Of a DNA stretch of 64,000 nucleotides, positions 13,064 to 25,472 are shown piece by piece (position 1 is the stretch's first letter; every line of letters begins with the position of its first letter). The notes under the pieces are model-generated. The model was not told the origin of the DNA. It made no database searches and worked only from the letters and a program-made list of their open reading frames with translations. A program made the position numbers and the translations under genes. This stretch comes from Klebsormidium nitens (Eukaryota > Plantae > Klebsormidiophyceae), in the NCBI GenBank assembly GCA_000708835.1, contig DF237469.1, forward strand, positions 786 to 64,785. The letters run 5' to 3'.

Positions 13064-15610
13064 ATGAGGATCACACGGAAGACTGGGGTCCTGGTAGGCA
13101 ACAAAGTGATTGCCGCCCAAGATGAGCAGAGAGCTAGGCGGATTCATGAGTCCAAGTTGCAGACAATGAGGCCGTCTGTAGACAATGCGCAGCCGGAACA
13201 CTTTGGAAAGATGAAAGTGAATCGCAAGAGGGCACAATTGGAGGAAGGTGAGGGCGGGCCTGAGATGCAGATGGTTCTGCCTTGTTGAATCTGAATAGTG
13301 CTAGGAATGATGGACTTGCATCCTGGACTGTACATTTCATGGGAGCGATATACAGAGATTCAGCAGTCAGGGATGAAAGGGCAACTGAAGTTTGATGATC
13401 CATCATCTGGGTATGGTCGGCGGAGAATGTTGGCTGCTTTTAGCGGATGACTCTCGCTGGCCACACCCTTAAAGGAGAGAGTCGGGCAAATGTGGAATGA
13501 GGGCAGGGTACTCATTTGTTTCCTTCTCAAGTCAACTGCCATAGCAGCATTGCGCGGACTCCTCTGCAGGGTTGAATTTCATTCTGCTACTCAGAGACTA
13601 TTGTAGCCCCTCGAGGCAGACTACCCATGAGGATTGCATACAGGAACAGACCTGATTTCGATTGAAGTGCTGTGCATGCATGTGGACCCTATTGCTTGCA
13701 AGGAGTGGGTACATAGTGGGGCTCCAAACAAGTCGCTTCAGCTTGGCCCTTCCCAGGGTTGATGTGAAGTTCCCCCAGCCAAACAATATCTGAAAAGTAG
13801 TTGGGATTTGCATCCTGTCGCCTGGATCAGTACTCGATTATAGTCGTGTGGAGCTGCTGCCAGGCATTTTTTCTACTCGCCTTCTTAAGCTGTCTACTCA
13901 TCTGCTGGCTTCCCTTCTTGGGGTACGCATTCCAAAAACTGTCACCTCCGAGCAATTGTTTGAGCGGTCTGGCTGAGAGTTCCGACTGCGACTTTGGTCA
14001 GGGGGAGTGAAGGGACGAAGCGCTGTGCTTACCTGCTTACAGCAGGCAAAGAAGGGCCCTGGCGCTCTTACTCTCATTCTCAGACGGTGCAAAGAACTAA
14101 AAGCTTTGAGCTCCATCCACGTCAGTGGCAATGAGACCTTTGTCCTGCCTGACCCAATTCCAAACGCTTAGGAGACGGGGTGGTTGGTTGTGAAACAGAG
14201 TCGTGGACTGCAGCTCTCTGTTTTCTAGATTCCCCTTCTTTGCCATATACCAGCTCAACAGCCTCAGCATAACCCGGGCAATCGCCAATGATGAGTCCTT
14301 TGCTCATAAACAAAACTGACGGGTTCGCTTCCTAGCAGAGTTCCTGTTTGATATGGGGACGCTGTATGCCTCACTGGAAGGACAAAGACCGCTCCATGCT
14401 CCACCACATCACCACTTTCAGAACTAGCCTTTCTATCCCGCTTTCTAGGAGTCTTATCGAGATTTCGTACCTTTTGCAGAGCGGTTGTGCGAGATTGAGA
14501 AGCAGAACGGGAAGCTGTTGGACAAGCTCACGCAGATTGCCGCCAAGAGAGGAGTCACGGACCTCAAGCCAGTCACAGCGGGGACTGCGCTTCTCAAGGG
14601 GGAGGCCTGCGAGTGAGCAAAACTCTTCTAAGCTTGCAGAATGCCCGTGTGTTCTCCAGTTTCCGATCAAGCTCAATGAGGAGCGGGTCGACCTGGGCGT
14701 ACTTCGGATCGACTCTATGTAACCCTTCCTTGCTCTCTGTTCTTTGGATACAACTTAAGCTGGACTACAGCTGCACAATCCGTGCGAACATTCAAAGTTG
14801 CATGTACCGGTCTGTTCCGCTGCTGGGTGTTCTTGCGAAACAGAAGGAGGCGTTTGAACGAGGAGGCCTGCAAGCTGGATCTCTAACGCATCCAAAACGA
14901 GAAGCTGCAGATCTTGCAGCGAGTCCAACGACCGCTTGAACTTCCTAGCTCAACCCTGACCCGCTTCTTGCAGAACCCGGAGCTTGAACGAGAAGTCGCG
15001 CAAGCTGGAGCTGCAACGCATCCAGAACGAGAACCTGCAGATCTTGAAGCGGATTCAGCAGTCGCAGGAGAAGTCGAGCCCCGAGATCAACCACGCCTCG
15101 CTGGAAAAGGCCTGGAGCGAGACCGCCCGTGAGTGTAACTCACACATGCCAAATGATACTATTTCGAAGCCCCAACTGCTTCAAGGCCGATCTGGCAGTA
15201 TGAGAGAAGGGGACGAGGCCTTGATATGTGCGTTCCTCTGGTCGAGATTTGAATGACCTACCTAAGACGGAAGCCTAATCTGCAAAAGATTGTGGCGCTT
15301 CTTCAGTCCTCAGCCAAAGAATTACCTTGGAACGCTTCTTCTTACTTACGGCAGTGCTTCCAATCACTGGAATCACCTATCAGGAAGCAAGATCAGCCCG
15401 ATACTGCCGAGCAGACTTTAGCAGGCAGCAGTGCTCGGCACGAGACGTCACTTGCACTTGTCGTGAAAGCTGGACCTGTGCTTCTCAAACGCACAGGTCT
15501 TATACTTTCCTTCCTCAGTGGGGCTCAACCGACATCGTAGCACGCCGGGCCTAACATGACTGCGTCCTTTCTCTTCCGCAGGTTATCGGAAGCTTGCTAG
15601 CCAGATCTAG
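13064..15610 (+). CDS. CFAP97: CFAP97/Hemingway (KIAA1430)-family cilia/flagella-associated protein, about 166 aa
   Basis: Exons 13064-13247, 14480-14612, 14974-15128, 15582-15610, all phases consistent. Family-like motifs GNKVIA...HESKLQTMRPSVDN, LEEERLCEIEKQNGKLLDKL, RSLNEKSRKLELQRIQNENLQILKRI. Confidence 0.8.
14830..14928 (+). pseudogene. Decayed intronic duplicate of the CFAP97 exon-3 5' end and its acceptor
   Basis: ttgaacgaggaggcctgcaagctggatctctaacgcatccaaaacgagaagctgcagatcttgcagcg vs real ttgaacgagaagtcgcgcaagctggagctgcaacgcatccagaacgagaacctgcagatcttgaagcg, offset 130 bp. In-frame TAA at 14884-14886; acceptor ttgcag changed to ttgcga. Confidence 0.8.
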
Positions 15611-17354
15611 CTTCCGCGCGCTTGCATTGGACAGTATTTAGGGACAGTGGATGGCTGAGGTTGATGATAGGAAGGAGTGACGGAAACTAGCTACTGTCAC
15701 ACTAGACTGTGTAGTCGGACTAACAGTGACAGAGGCGCTAGGACTGCAAAATGCATGCACACGCTCCGCACACTTTCCAGATTCTTTGTTTCAATCAAGC
15801 ACACTAGGTATGGAGATTGATTCAAGCACTGTACGTAAGATAGCTATATACTAATGACTGGGGCCGCTGACACATACAGATCTGATCAATCATCGTCTTG
15901 CCTAGATCACATTCTGACGTCAAGCGGAATAACCTGTGTATACAAAAGCATCACTGATTTGTATACTTCAAGTTCAGCTCGATCCAATATTGTGGTTACG
16001 GCGCGGCCGACCTGTCAGCTGGCTCGTCGTGTAGCACTGACGGCCGCAGATTTCGTTGTACGTGAGGCCTGGCAATGTTCAATTGTCCTTGCATCCGCCG
16101 AGCAAGGCGAAAGGGGCCGGCTTTATTCAACGTAGAACTGATTACCGTCGGGCAGATTTTGTCAGGACTAAGTTTCATTGAAGACGGTCCGAGTCAGCTG
16201 CAGCTTGTGTAGCGAACCGGACTCACAAGTGATCTGATTAACTCTCTAGCTGACAAGAATTACCGTGCCGGCCCTACTACGCCGATGGGGCGCAGCATGT
16301 GTGGACTATATGATCGACATGTTCACCTTCAATAACCGCTGAGTCAAGCCTCATTCGTGAAGGGTCACTGCGCCTGCGCGCCATAAGTCAGCATATGAGC
16401 TTCCGCATGTGAACCCTAGACGTTGATCGACAGAATCGTACTACAAAGGTAGGTAGCTAAAGCTCTCATGGACCGTTTAATCAACCGCAATTCATCATGA
16501 AGACGGATCACGCCGTATGTAAATGCTGATTCCTCTAACCGGTCAGGCTGGCTAGCTTCTGATGCTCAACTAAACTTAGGCAAATGGACGTTATTTGTCA
16601 TCAGCTGCCCATGCCGCCTGCCACGCGTCAGTGCACACGTTGTCTTCGTACTAAGCTCGTGAATACCGTACGGGTGGGCGGCTCGCTGAGCTCACTGAGC
16701 TCACGCGCACGCATGCATGTCAAGATTTCAGATTTAATACGTACTGATCGTACGTACGTGTAATGTATATAGAGATCAGACCGGCTGTTCTAGTAGATGC
16801 CATGGGACGCCCAATTATATACCACTGCCAATGCAATGGCCGCTGATCCGATAATGAATCCATTTGTTTGAACGAATGGAGCGATCTTGCTGCAGCACGC
16901 CTGGTATAATGGAACGTAATTTATCAGATTTCCCGGTCCAAGTCTGATTGAGGAGCTTATATGCCCGGTAGATGAGCATGTTTTGCGCGTAGCTCGTGAT
17001 CGTGCATTTACACTGAGTGAGCCGAAAGCCAGGCGGCAGACCAACCTAGAAATTGACATGTTCCGGCTCTATCCCCTGTTGGACTTGTCTAAGTGAATGA
17101 CGGTCCATCTCTTCCAAACATTCCGTACCTGTCTTTCATGTCTATCCTGCTCCGCTGAAAATATTTTTGCATCTAGTAGAACGTTGAATCCCTTTTTGAG
17201 AGCCAGCAATAGCGGGAGCTTGTAGCGATCATTGGCCTACATAACGTCCTGATTGGTACGGTAGGCCAGGGGTGCCTAACGCACCTGCTACTCTTTCGAT
17301 TAGCCTGTCAAAAGGCATGCGCCGGTTCTGTCTGATCTCGTCAGTGTTAAACGC

Positions 17355-20300
17355 TCAATCCTTGATCATGGTCCAGAATGCACAGTTATATCGGGTCTGC
17401 AAGTTAAACACGACGGTAAAGGTGAGAGTGAAACCATAGATGCAGATCTGACTGTGGTTTTTCACTGTGCAATCGCTAAGCTGTTGCGAATTCCCTGAAA
17501 GGTAGACGAACCGAAGAAAGCAACCAGATCTGAAAGAACGTCCAAAAGAATCAAGAAGGCGCGGCAGAACGATTGGAAAGCATTGCTACATGTACGGTAG
17601 AGCGCTATCAAAGTCATTCTTGTTGGTCCTGAGTGCCGGCTTTGACGAGAAGGTAAACCGTTCGTTCTTGGCACAAAGCAAGAAAGATACATCAGGAAGA
17701 AGGTGAGTTAACACGGTTGCGGCCCTACCGTCATCATCGAGCGCGGATTGCTTGTGTATGTTGTGGACACAAACTGCGGCTCTCGCTGCATCGATGTGAA
17801 GAGAAGAGAGAGGTATCTCAAGATCGCCTCTGCTGCAGTCTTCCGTAGTCTCGCAAGCAACCACGAAGTTCAGATAGTGGACCCACTTTGCGAATCCAGG
17901 CCATGACTTCACAAGCAAGGGCAATCAAAGACAGAGGTTCCCGTTTTTCCTACTGAGAGGGACACCAAGAAAGTGTTCCTCAGCTTTCAACTCTTTCAAG
18001 GGCGCGTCTGATTCAAGCGGCCATTTGGATTTCACCAGCAGTTCTGTGATTGACATTCTGCGAGCTTAATCAGCGATGCGCTCACCTTCAGCTTGAGGCC
18101 GAACGACCTGGCGATTCGCAGGATAGTCTCGAGGCTCAGCTCGACCGATAGCTCCTGCGCGCAACAGCCACAGACGCGTTTGCTCAGACGCGAAAACGCG
18201 GCAAGCAGTAAGAAGGAGGTTTTGCTGGTCAAATAAGGGCGTGCTTGCGATGTAGGGGGTGGGGAGTGCACGAGAATGAGGGGTTTTGAATACTTGCCGA
18301 CTGTCAGAACGGAGCTTGTCCCGGGTTCAAAGAAAATGCTTAGGGAGCTTGAGAGCGTTCAGAACGAGCCGGCCGCCCGGGAAAGAAAACGTGAAGCCGA
18401 AGAGTCAGCGCGAGTGAGCATTCGTGCTGAAAAAAAGTGCAAATGAAAGGAGCGGACCTCCAATGAAAGGAGCGGATTCCTTGTACGAGATTCTGTCACC
18501 TTGATTCACGCTTCCAGAGAACGCCCGCTTATGCAAGCAATACATGCCCCCCTGTTGCATTACTCTCAACCGACGCGCGGAACATGGGAAAAGTGCAATC
18601 ACCACGGCTTCGGACCTTACACGGGGCACTTACGTCATCCTGCGAGTACTGATGGGCGTCCGCAAAGTGGTACAGCAGCGGTCCGAAGTTGATCCAGACC
18701 TGCAGGGGGTAAAATGCGCCATACTACTTTAAAGCGGAGCAACGATTTCAGGGCTGGTCAGCTCATATGCTAGAGCCAGGTACAAGCACTCGTAGGACTT
18801 TGGTAGCTGCTTGAGGGAGTATTAGCAGCTTCCAGGCAGCATTTAGTTGTTGTAAGATCAAATGCGACTTGTTCGAGATCAGAATGTCGTCGAAAATGCA
18901 ATCCTCGCGCCAACCGACTGCAGACGGGCGCTGTAAACTGGTGTTCGAATACCGTTAAGATTCCAAACGGAAGGTAGCACTAGATTCAATCTTTGAGGCG
19001 TCCAAAAGGGCTGCAATTTCAAAAATTTGCGGGATCGGGTGCAGCAGGGTCCTTGGAAGACATTTCCTTGAGACAGATGGTCCAAGCGCGAGCCGCCTGT
19101 CGCACTTGCCTCTTACTCCAGCTCTTTTCGTAGGTTATGCATCCTTTTCGCGCTTCAACCAAGGTCAGGAAACGACAACCAAAGAATGAGAGAGATAGAG
19201 CCCTTGTTGCGCCTGGTCCACACATCACTCTTGTCCATCACCTCCGCTTCCCAGGAATAGTGCCAATAGGTGGCAAAGCAAACTGAAAAAAGACACGAAT
19301 CAGCCGAATAGCCGGAGAGCAGCAAAAGCACCATTCCTATCTAAGCCTTTCGAACACGCTGTCTCGAAAAAAGTCAAAGAGGCGGACCGATGGGCTCACC
19401 CCTCCGGGCTTCAAAATGCGCGCAATCACCTCCAGGTACGCGATCACGTTGTGCGCGGTGTCGATGAAGAAGCACGTGACCACGCTGTCCCACGCACCTG
19501 AAAACGGGCGGAACAAAAGAGTCGGGCTTCTGCTGACCAGTCTCCATAGTGTCAACTTGATCCAGAGCAGATCAACCAAGTTCTACTTGTGTGTCAACGA
19601 ACGAGCAGATTTTGGTGGTTGGCTCCGCGCTCAAATAGCAAGGACTGACAGGAATTGCTCATCAGCTAGCCAACGTGTGGCTTCCCCGAATTGCTCATTT
19701 GATTGGAATTAGCCCAATCAAATCTGAGAGAAATGATCCTGAAACAGGGGTTTTAACCCTTGGGAACGATAGCAGAACGGTAGTCCCCGACAATTCAAAA
19801 CGAGGGCGCGATTGGCAGCGATATACCAACTGTCTATCAGACGGACGGAAGAAGGCGCCGCCAATTTGTACACGTGCCACAATCCTGTCCTCAGACGCCA
19901 CTCTTGAGACCCGTCAGATCCACAGTTTATCCAAAATCTTACGTTCGCACATTTTGTTCAACTTACCCGCTTGATGGCGGCCCCCGTAGACCTCCAAGAA
20001 GTCGCCCGCACACATTGAGAACCCGTCCGTGATGCCAGCACTGCAAACAGCCATGCACCATTCTCAGCAGGAAGGTCTCGAGCTTGGATAAAGGATCAGT
20101 CGGAGTGCATCACCTTTTTTGAGCCTTGGTGAACGGGTAGCGTAACAACGCAGGCCGGATCTTGTCGTGTACTCAGCCGCTACTCCCTTTCTGTTTCGAT
20201 CTTATGAAGTCACGCCTCAAATTATCCAAGATGGAGTTAGCCTTCTTGCAAACGTGCGCTGAACAACCCACACCGGGGTTATTTTCAAGCCTTTTTCCGA

Positions 20301-23300
20301 CCAGGAACCTGGACGAGCACAGACAAAGCAGCGACTGTCAAGGCAGAGGTAAACGCTCAAATCGACAGCGCAACAATGAAACACGAGTAGAAGGATGGCG
20401 CTTGCCTGCCCGGGTGCAAATCTGGAAGCGTGACGGGCCGAAGCATGTCGTCATCCCGCCGCGTATTGCACTGCGAGTGAATGTACGGGTAGAAGGTCCA
20501 TTCGTGGGCCTGATCAGTCCTGCAGAGGGCAAGTGCGGGTCAAGCACATTCCTTTCTTGCCTTGAAAAGTTTCGGCAGGTATTTCCGGTTTGTGAGCTAC
20601 ATAGATACCGTTTCTATGAAACATGGTGAGGACATTTGCAGGGTCTCCCTCGAAGGTCCATGCTCAAAACTTGGACTAAGGTCTCGTTTCCAAACGCTGA
20701 TGGTAGATGTAACTTAAGGATGCTTTCTTGACACCCAAATCCGGAAATGATAGCATCTGCCTACGCTTTCACCATGCAGATCGAGCCTCACCAAACAGAG
20801 TCCGCGACTCAAAGCCGTCTTTCTTTTCCGCCTGAACAACACCGTTCAGAATTCTGTCTATTACCCTTGCTCACTCTTGATCAGCAAAAGACGCCCACTC
20901 TCGAAGAGTAACAGCACATGGGAGCGGTAACTATCTCAAGAAACAACTATGACAGAACTTTGGATAAAAATCATTCTTGCCCTATATACTTCTGCAAGCA
21001 GCAGGCAACTTCCAATCCCACTTGACTGTACCCTTCGACCAAAAAGCCGAAATAGCTGCAGCACAAATTCAGCTAATCACAGCTGCAAACGCCGCTCTTT
21101 CCTTCGTGGTCGGAAGCCAAACCAGCCCATGTCGGGAACCCAAAGCACACTCATCGAAGTCAATCACTTCTCCAACTATTCAAACGAAATTCAGTTCTAC
21201 CCACATGTTGAAGATGAAGCCCGACACAAATAGCGTTATGAGAAAGCATACGAGAAAGCATCTAATCCTAAAGCAAGAACCCAGAGTCCGAACATCCGCA
21301 AACCCCAGACCACATCTCTACCCACATGTTGAGGATGAAGCTGGACACGATGAGCGTGTAGTACGAGAACTCGTTGCCTTGGACTTCGAAGCCCAGGCGC
21401 GAGATCTCACACGCAAGCCGTGCCAGCCCGGCGCCCGGCACGACGCAGCTAAGGGGCTGGGCGGAGCCGGAATTCCCCTCCGGAAAGCAGCTCCGCAGCT
21501 CCGCCAGGATCGGACCATAGCATGCGGACCTTTCGGCGGCACCCTCGGACGTCCAGTCGCGGACGATGTTCCGCAGGACGCACCGGACCTGGTTTGCAGT
21601 AACCAGCTTTGGTTAGTGCGTACTTATGATGAATCAAAAGGCCAATATGATTTGGATATGGTTATTTCAGCAACCCAGTGGTTGTAACCGTGTCTTATCA
21701 TGTGCAAACCCTCCTGTCTTTGGTCGCAGACAATGTGTCGAGAGTGTAAGGGGTAGTAAGCATTGACGGGCTTAAGGTGAAGTCCCCCCTGGCACTTTGA
21801 TTTCCCAGTAGGTGGAAGAAATTTAAAGTTTAAGAGGATATAAGAGGATATGAAGGGAAATAAGGAAACGGATCTGAAACAGTGACCAAGCTCGAGTGTT
21901 GGACGACGCGGCACGTTCAAGGTGGGGGCAGAAAATTGCAGAGGGGTTATTCCACACTCGAAATCTCTGCACTTGACCTTGAATCAAAAGACAGGCACAG
22001 ACTGCGGACACGAGACGGACCCGGTCTTTCGTATAACTTCCAACACAAGACAAGATAATGACTGCATCACAAGCTTTCGGCCAAACAAGTTTCTTTCACA
22101 AAATTTGACTGATATCCTGGGCGCACAAAGCTGACTGATCCTGGTTCAGGGGGACAAGGGCTCAGAACGGCTCGACAACAGTAAAAAAAAGCAAAAGGGC
22201 ATGGGCCAAAGGTATCGATGCTGATTATCGTTTATCAAAATCATAAGGATTGACCTTATCACCTTTTCGACATCGCTAGGAGGAACACGCCTGTGAAAGT
22301 CTTCGGTCGCCTGCCCATCCCCCCACGCATACGGCAGCCCATTTGTATGGGTGTGAACAGGCCGCCCCTCACCATATGCTTCCATACCCGCGTGAGTGTG
22401 AACAGGCTCTGAGTCTCCGTAACCTCTCGTCCTACCAGGGATGTGAACAAGCTCCCTCCCTTCAACAACAGACACACCACCTTGAGTCCGAACAGGTTCG
22501 GGCTCTCTGCCTGCACCCGCAACATTCTGACTGTGAACAGGCTCCCCCCCTCGGTTCCCATTCACACCAATTCCTGACGTCTCCCAGGGGCCTAGATCCA
22601 CATCACCACTTGCAGCCTCCTCTGAGTGGTCGAGCGATCTCTGATCAGCGGGCCCCAATTTTTGGCCCACTTCTCGGGGCGTCGGCTCTGAGGCGCTTGT
22701 TTCGGGCCTGCTCCTTTTCTGGCCGCTCCACCGGACTGCTTCGATTGGTCCATTTCCCTGAGAAGTTCGCTCGAGCGCCCCCCCCGCTACTTGGTCCCCG
22801 CCGTCTGTTGACTTCTCAGTCACTGTTGCTTCCGGCTGCGGAACAGCGGTGGCTGTCCAAGGGTCCTCAGCTTGTCGAGACTGAAAAGGGGCATCAAACG
22901 ACTGGAGCATGGCGTCAATCAGAAGTGCGTTCTGGTCGGCGCAGCGGCGCAGGGCTGTGTACTTTGAGGGAAGCTCGGGGACGAGGGCGCGGTGAGGGGG
23001 TGTCAGGTGGTGGTACGACCGCTCCCACCTGATGATGTCATCTTCTACGGAGCCCCTGGTAGAGAGAAAGCGACACAGCATATTCTAAATGAAGTCATCT
23101 TCAATTGACCCCTTGGTGAAGGAAAGAGGACCAACATATTGGAACTTGAGAAGTGCTTCTGAACGGGGACTGGAACTGGAGTATCAGCATGGTGGGAAGC
23201 CAAAGGGCGGTTTGTGTGAGCACATTCTTGTCGTCTTTTTTCAGCACAGGCGCATCCAAGCATGACGCCCTGCTGCAGCTTGTACAGGAAGATTGGCAGG

Positions 23301-23664
23301 CCCAAAAGCTGCGGGTAGAAAAGGTTCACATCCCCCGAAGTACCAAATCAAAGGTAGGGTGAAATTATCATAGACATTCTTGGTACCACTTGCCTGTGGT
23401 CCCAGAAAGCAGAACACTTTTGTCGAGTATGACAGAAGAACATTTGGAACAGTTCTGACATACCACCACCTACCATCACTTTGTGATTGTTTGATTCTAT
23501 CTCATTTGATTCTTCATTCTGTGTACAATTGGTCACCTGTACTCTATGTAGGCATCAAGGACACGCTGCAGCGACTTCATCTCCTCTGCTCTGTCAATGT
23601 CGCTGAAGTCTTGCTCCTCTCTACCGCTCCTTCCATTGAGTGCAGTAGCCTCTGCGGCCTCCAT
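17355..23664 (-). CDS. CARNMT1: Carnosine N-methyltransferase-like (N2227 family) class I SAM-dependent methyltransferase, about 567 aa
   Basis: Exons 23664-23537, 23055-22263, 21588-21326, 20519-20406, 20040-19967, 19497-19400, 18699-18634, 18154-18086, 17785-17729, 17396-17355, phases consistent. Motifs [105 protein letters not shown]. Confidence 0.93.
20041..20405 (-). other. GC-AG intron in the methyltransferase gene
   Basis: Donor AG|GCAAGC at 20405, acceptor TTTGCAG|T at 20041. Splicing restores the conserved-looking [20 protein letters not shown]. No nearby GT donor. Confidence 0.85.
22345..22560 (-). repeat. In-frame 42-48 bp minisatellite in methyltransferase exon 2 encoding five (E/R)(P/L)V(H/R)x repeats
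   Basis: + strand cores gtgaacagg or similar near 22352, 22394, 22442, 22488, 22531. Protein: EPVHSQ, EPVRTQ, ELVHIP, EPVHTH, RPVHTH. Confidence 0.7.
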
Positions 23665-25472
23665 GCTGGCCAATTTGAGCCCCTCCAAGCAGATACAATC
23701 TCTAGTTGGACGGCTACTCTGGAAGGTTGCAGTTTATGCAATGCTGTGAGGGCTGTAAAGGTTCATCAGCTGAGCTGCGGCTGAAAGCTGCTTCAGACCC
23801 AAGAAATGCTTTGGCTTGCCCATCGGGATTTCGTGCAGCATGCTTCTGCAATTAGACGCAAGTCCAAAATCCCTTCCCTCCTCCCCCCTTGCCCAGGTGG
23901 TGGTGTTTTCTCTCGTTCTCCAAGTGCCTCCTGTTCTTGCCCGCGTCTGCCGTATTAAAAAGTGAAAGTTGTTCAATATTGATTGCAGAAAAGCGGATGT
24001 TTTTTGCAGCTATTAGTAAGTATAGGCGGGCGTGCCTCCTTCGCAAAACTACGCCAATATGACGTTCCAAGTGACGAGTCACGACCAAGTCGGTCACGAA
24101 CTAGTCCAGTCAGACTGGTTCAGAACTTCTGTGCAGAATTTACCGTGAACATATTGAAAATCAGTTGCGAACGAGGCTCATACGGTCTACGCCAGAGACC
24201 ATTTCGCTTCCTTTAGAAAGTCGTATGAAGTTCGTCAAGCTTCTTCAGCTCAGATGGCCTCAGAGTCGGAGAGCAGCTCAATCATGCTTCCAAGTTCCAT
24301 TGCTTGATGGTTTATCGCAAGGTAGACGCAAGCCACAACAGAACCTTCCCTTCTCATCTTTTTTCCAGCTGATCCTCAAAGATCATCATAGAGCCGGTGC
24401 CGCTTGAGTATGCGGACAGCGGGTCACCATCAAACGGTGATGACGTCCAAGGATTGATGAAGAACGGTGGAAGGCGGTGAGGACAATCGTCTGTTTTTTT
24501 TTAGTGATTAATTTGCAGCTGAAAGCGAGCACGATGCTTTGCAACAGAAGGGCCTCACTTTCAGGAGATTTTGATAGTAGCACGTACTCAAAGCATGGGG
24601 CCTTCTGATCCATTCTGCTGCTAGTAGCGTCCTGCTCCTAAAGACTATTTTTACATGGGAACCCCGATTCTTAGGATATGGCGAAGGTTGGTGGCCCTTG
24701 GTCTTGACATCATGGAACACACATAGTGAAGTGGCAGTCATTCTCAGAGTTTGAAGGTTTGGTGGGAATTCCAAGAAGTCGCATTGATCGATCATCGATC
24801 ATTGAAGAACTGGACCACATCTACATCTTGCCCTGCGCTGATCCAGAGAGTGAAGATACGTGCGAACACCTCAAGTGATCGCATCCCGCATCTGAATTGA
24901 TGCAAAGTGCAAAAAGAAGCAACTTTCCTGACGCGATTGCAGACAATGATGCTGCTTCTATATGTCGTTCTTAAAACCCACCAGCTGACTTCGTTTTTAC
25001 AGGTTCAAGATGCAAGCAGGTTCAAGATGCAAGCACATGGTTCTTGAAAGGCCACAATCAGTTTTGAGCAATCTTTGAAGAAGTCGTGATCAAAGGAAAC
25101 CCCACCTGCAACTTGGGATTCGAAAATCAAGTCTAGAATGTTGATGAAAATTTGATGTTGACACTCGCACATTTGCAGTTAGCAGTTTACACAAAGTGAT
25201 CTTCACAGCCAGAGCAATTTGCTGTGACTCTCTCAACTCACAAGTCTCCTCACGATTTCAGACCTCTATTTTTACGTGCCTTTGCTGGTTGTAAGTCCTC
25301 TGAAAGGATCATATCGGCTCACCACTATCCCCTCTCCCCTCAGATTGCTGACGATCGCAAAGAATTAAGCTAAGACAGCGAAAGTCGCTGATGGAGCTTT
25401 GACTCCACAGAAGTGGTCACATAACCCCTCACGTAACCTCACCCGCACCCCCCCTCCATTCCCCAGGCACAG

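Noticed and set aside
16790-17059. 89-aa minus-strand ORF with a hydrophobic C-terminal stretch
   Set aside because: Lies about 300 bp downstream of the methyltransferase stop (likely 3' UTR); no recognisable family.
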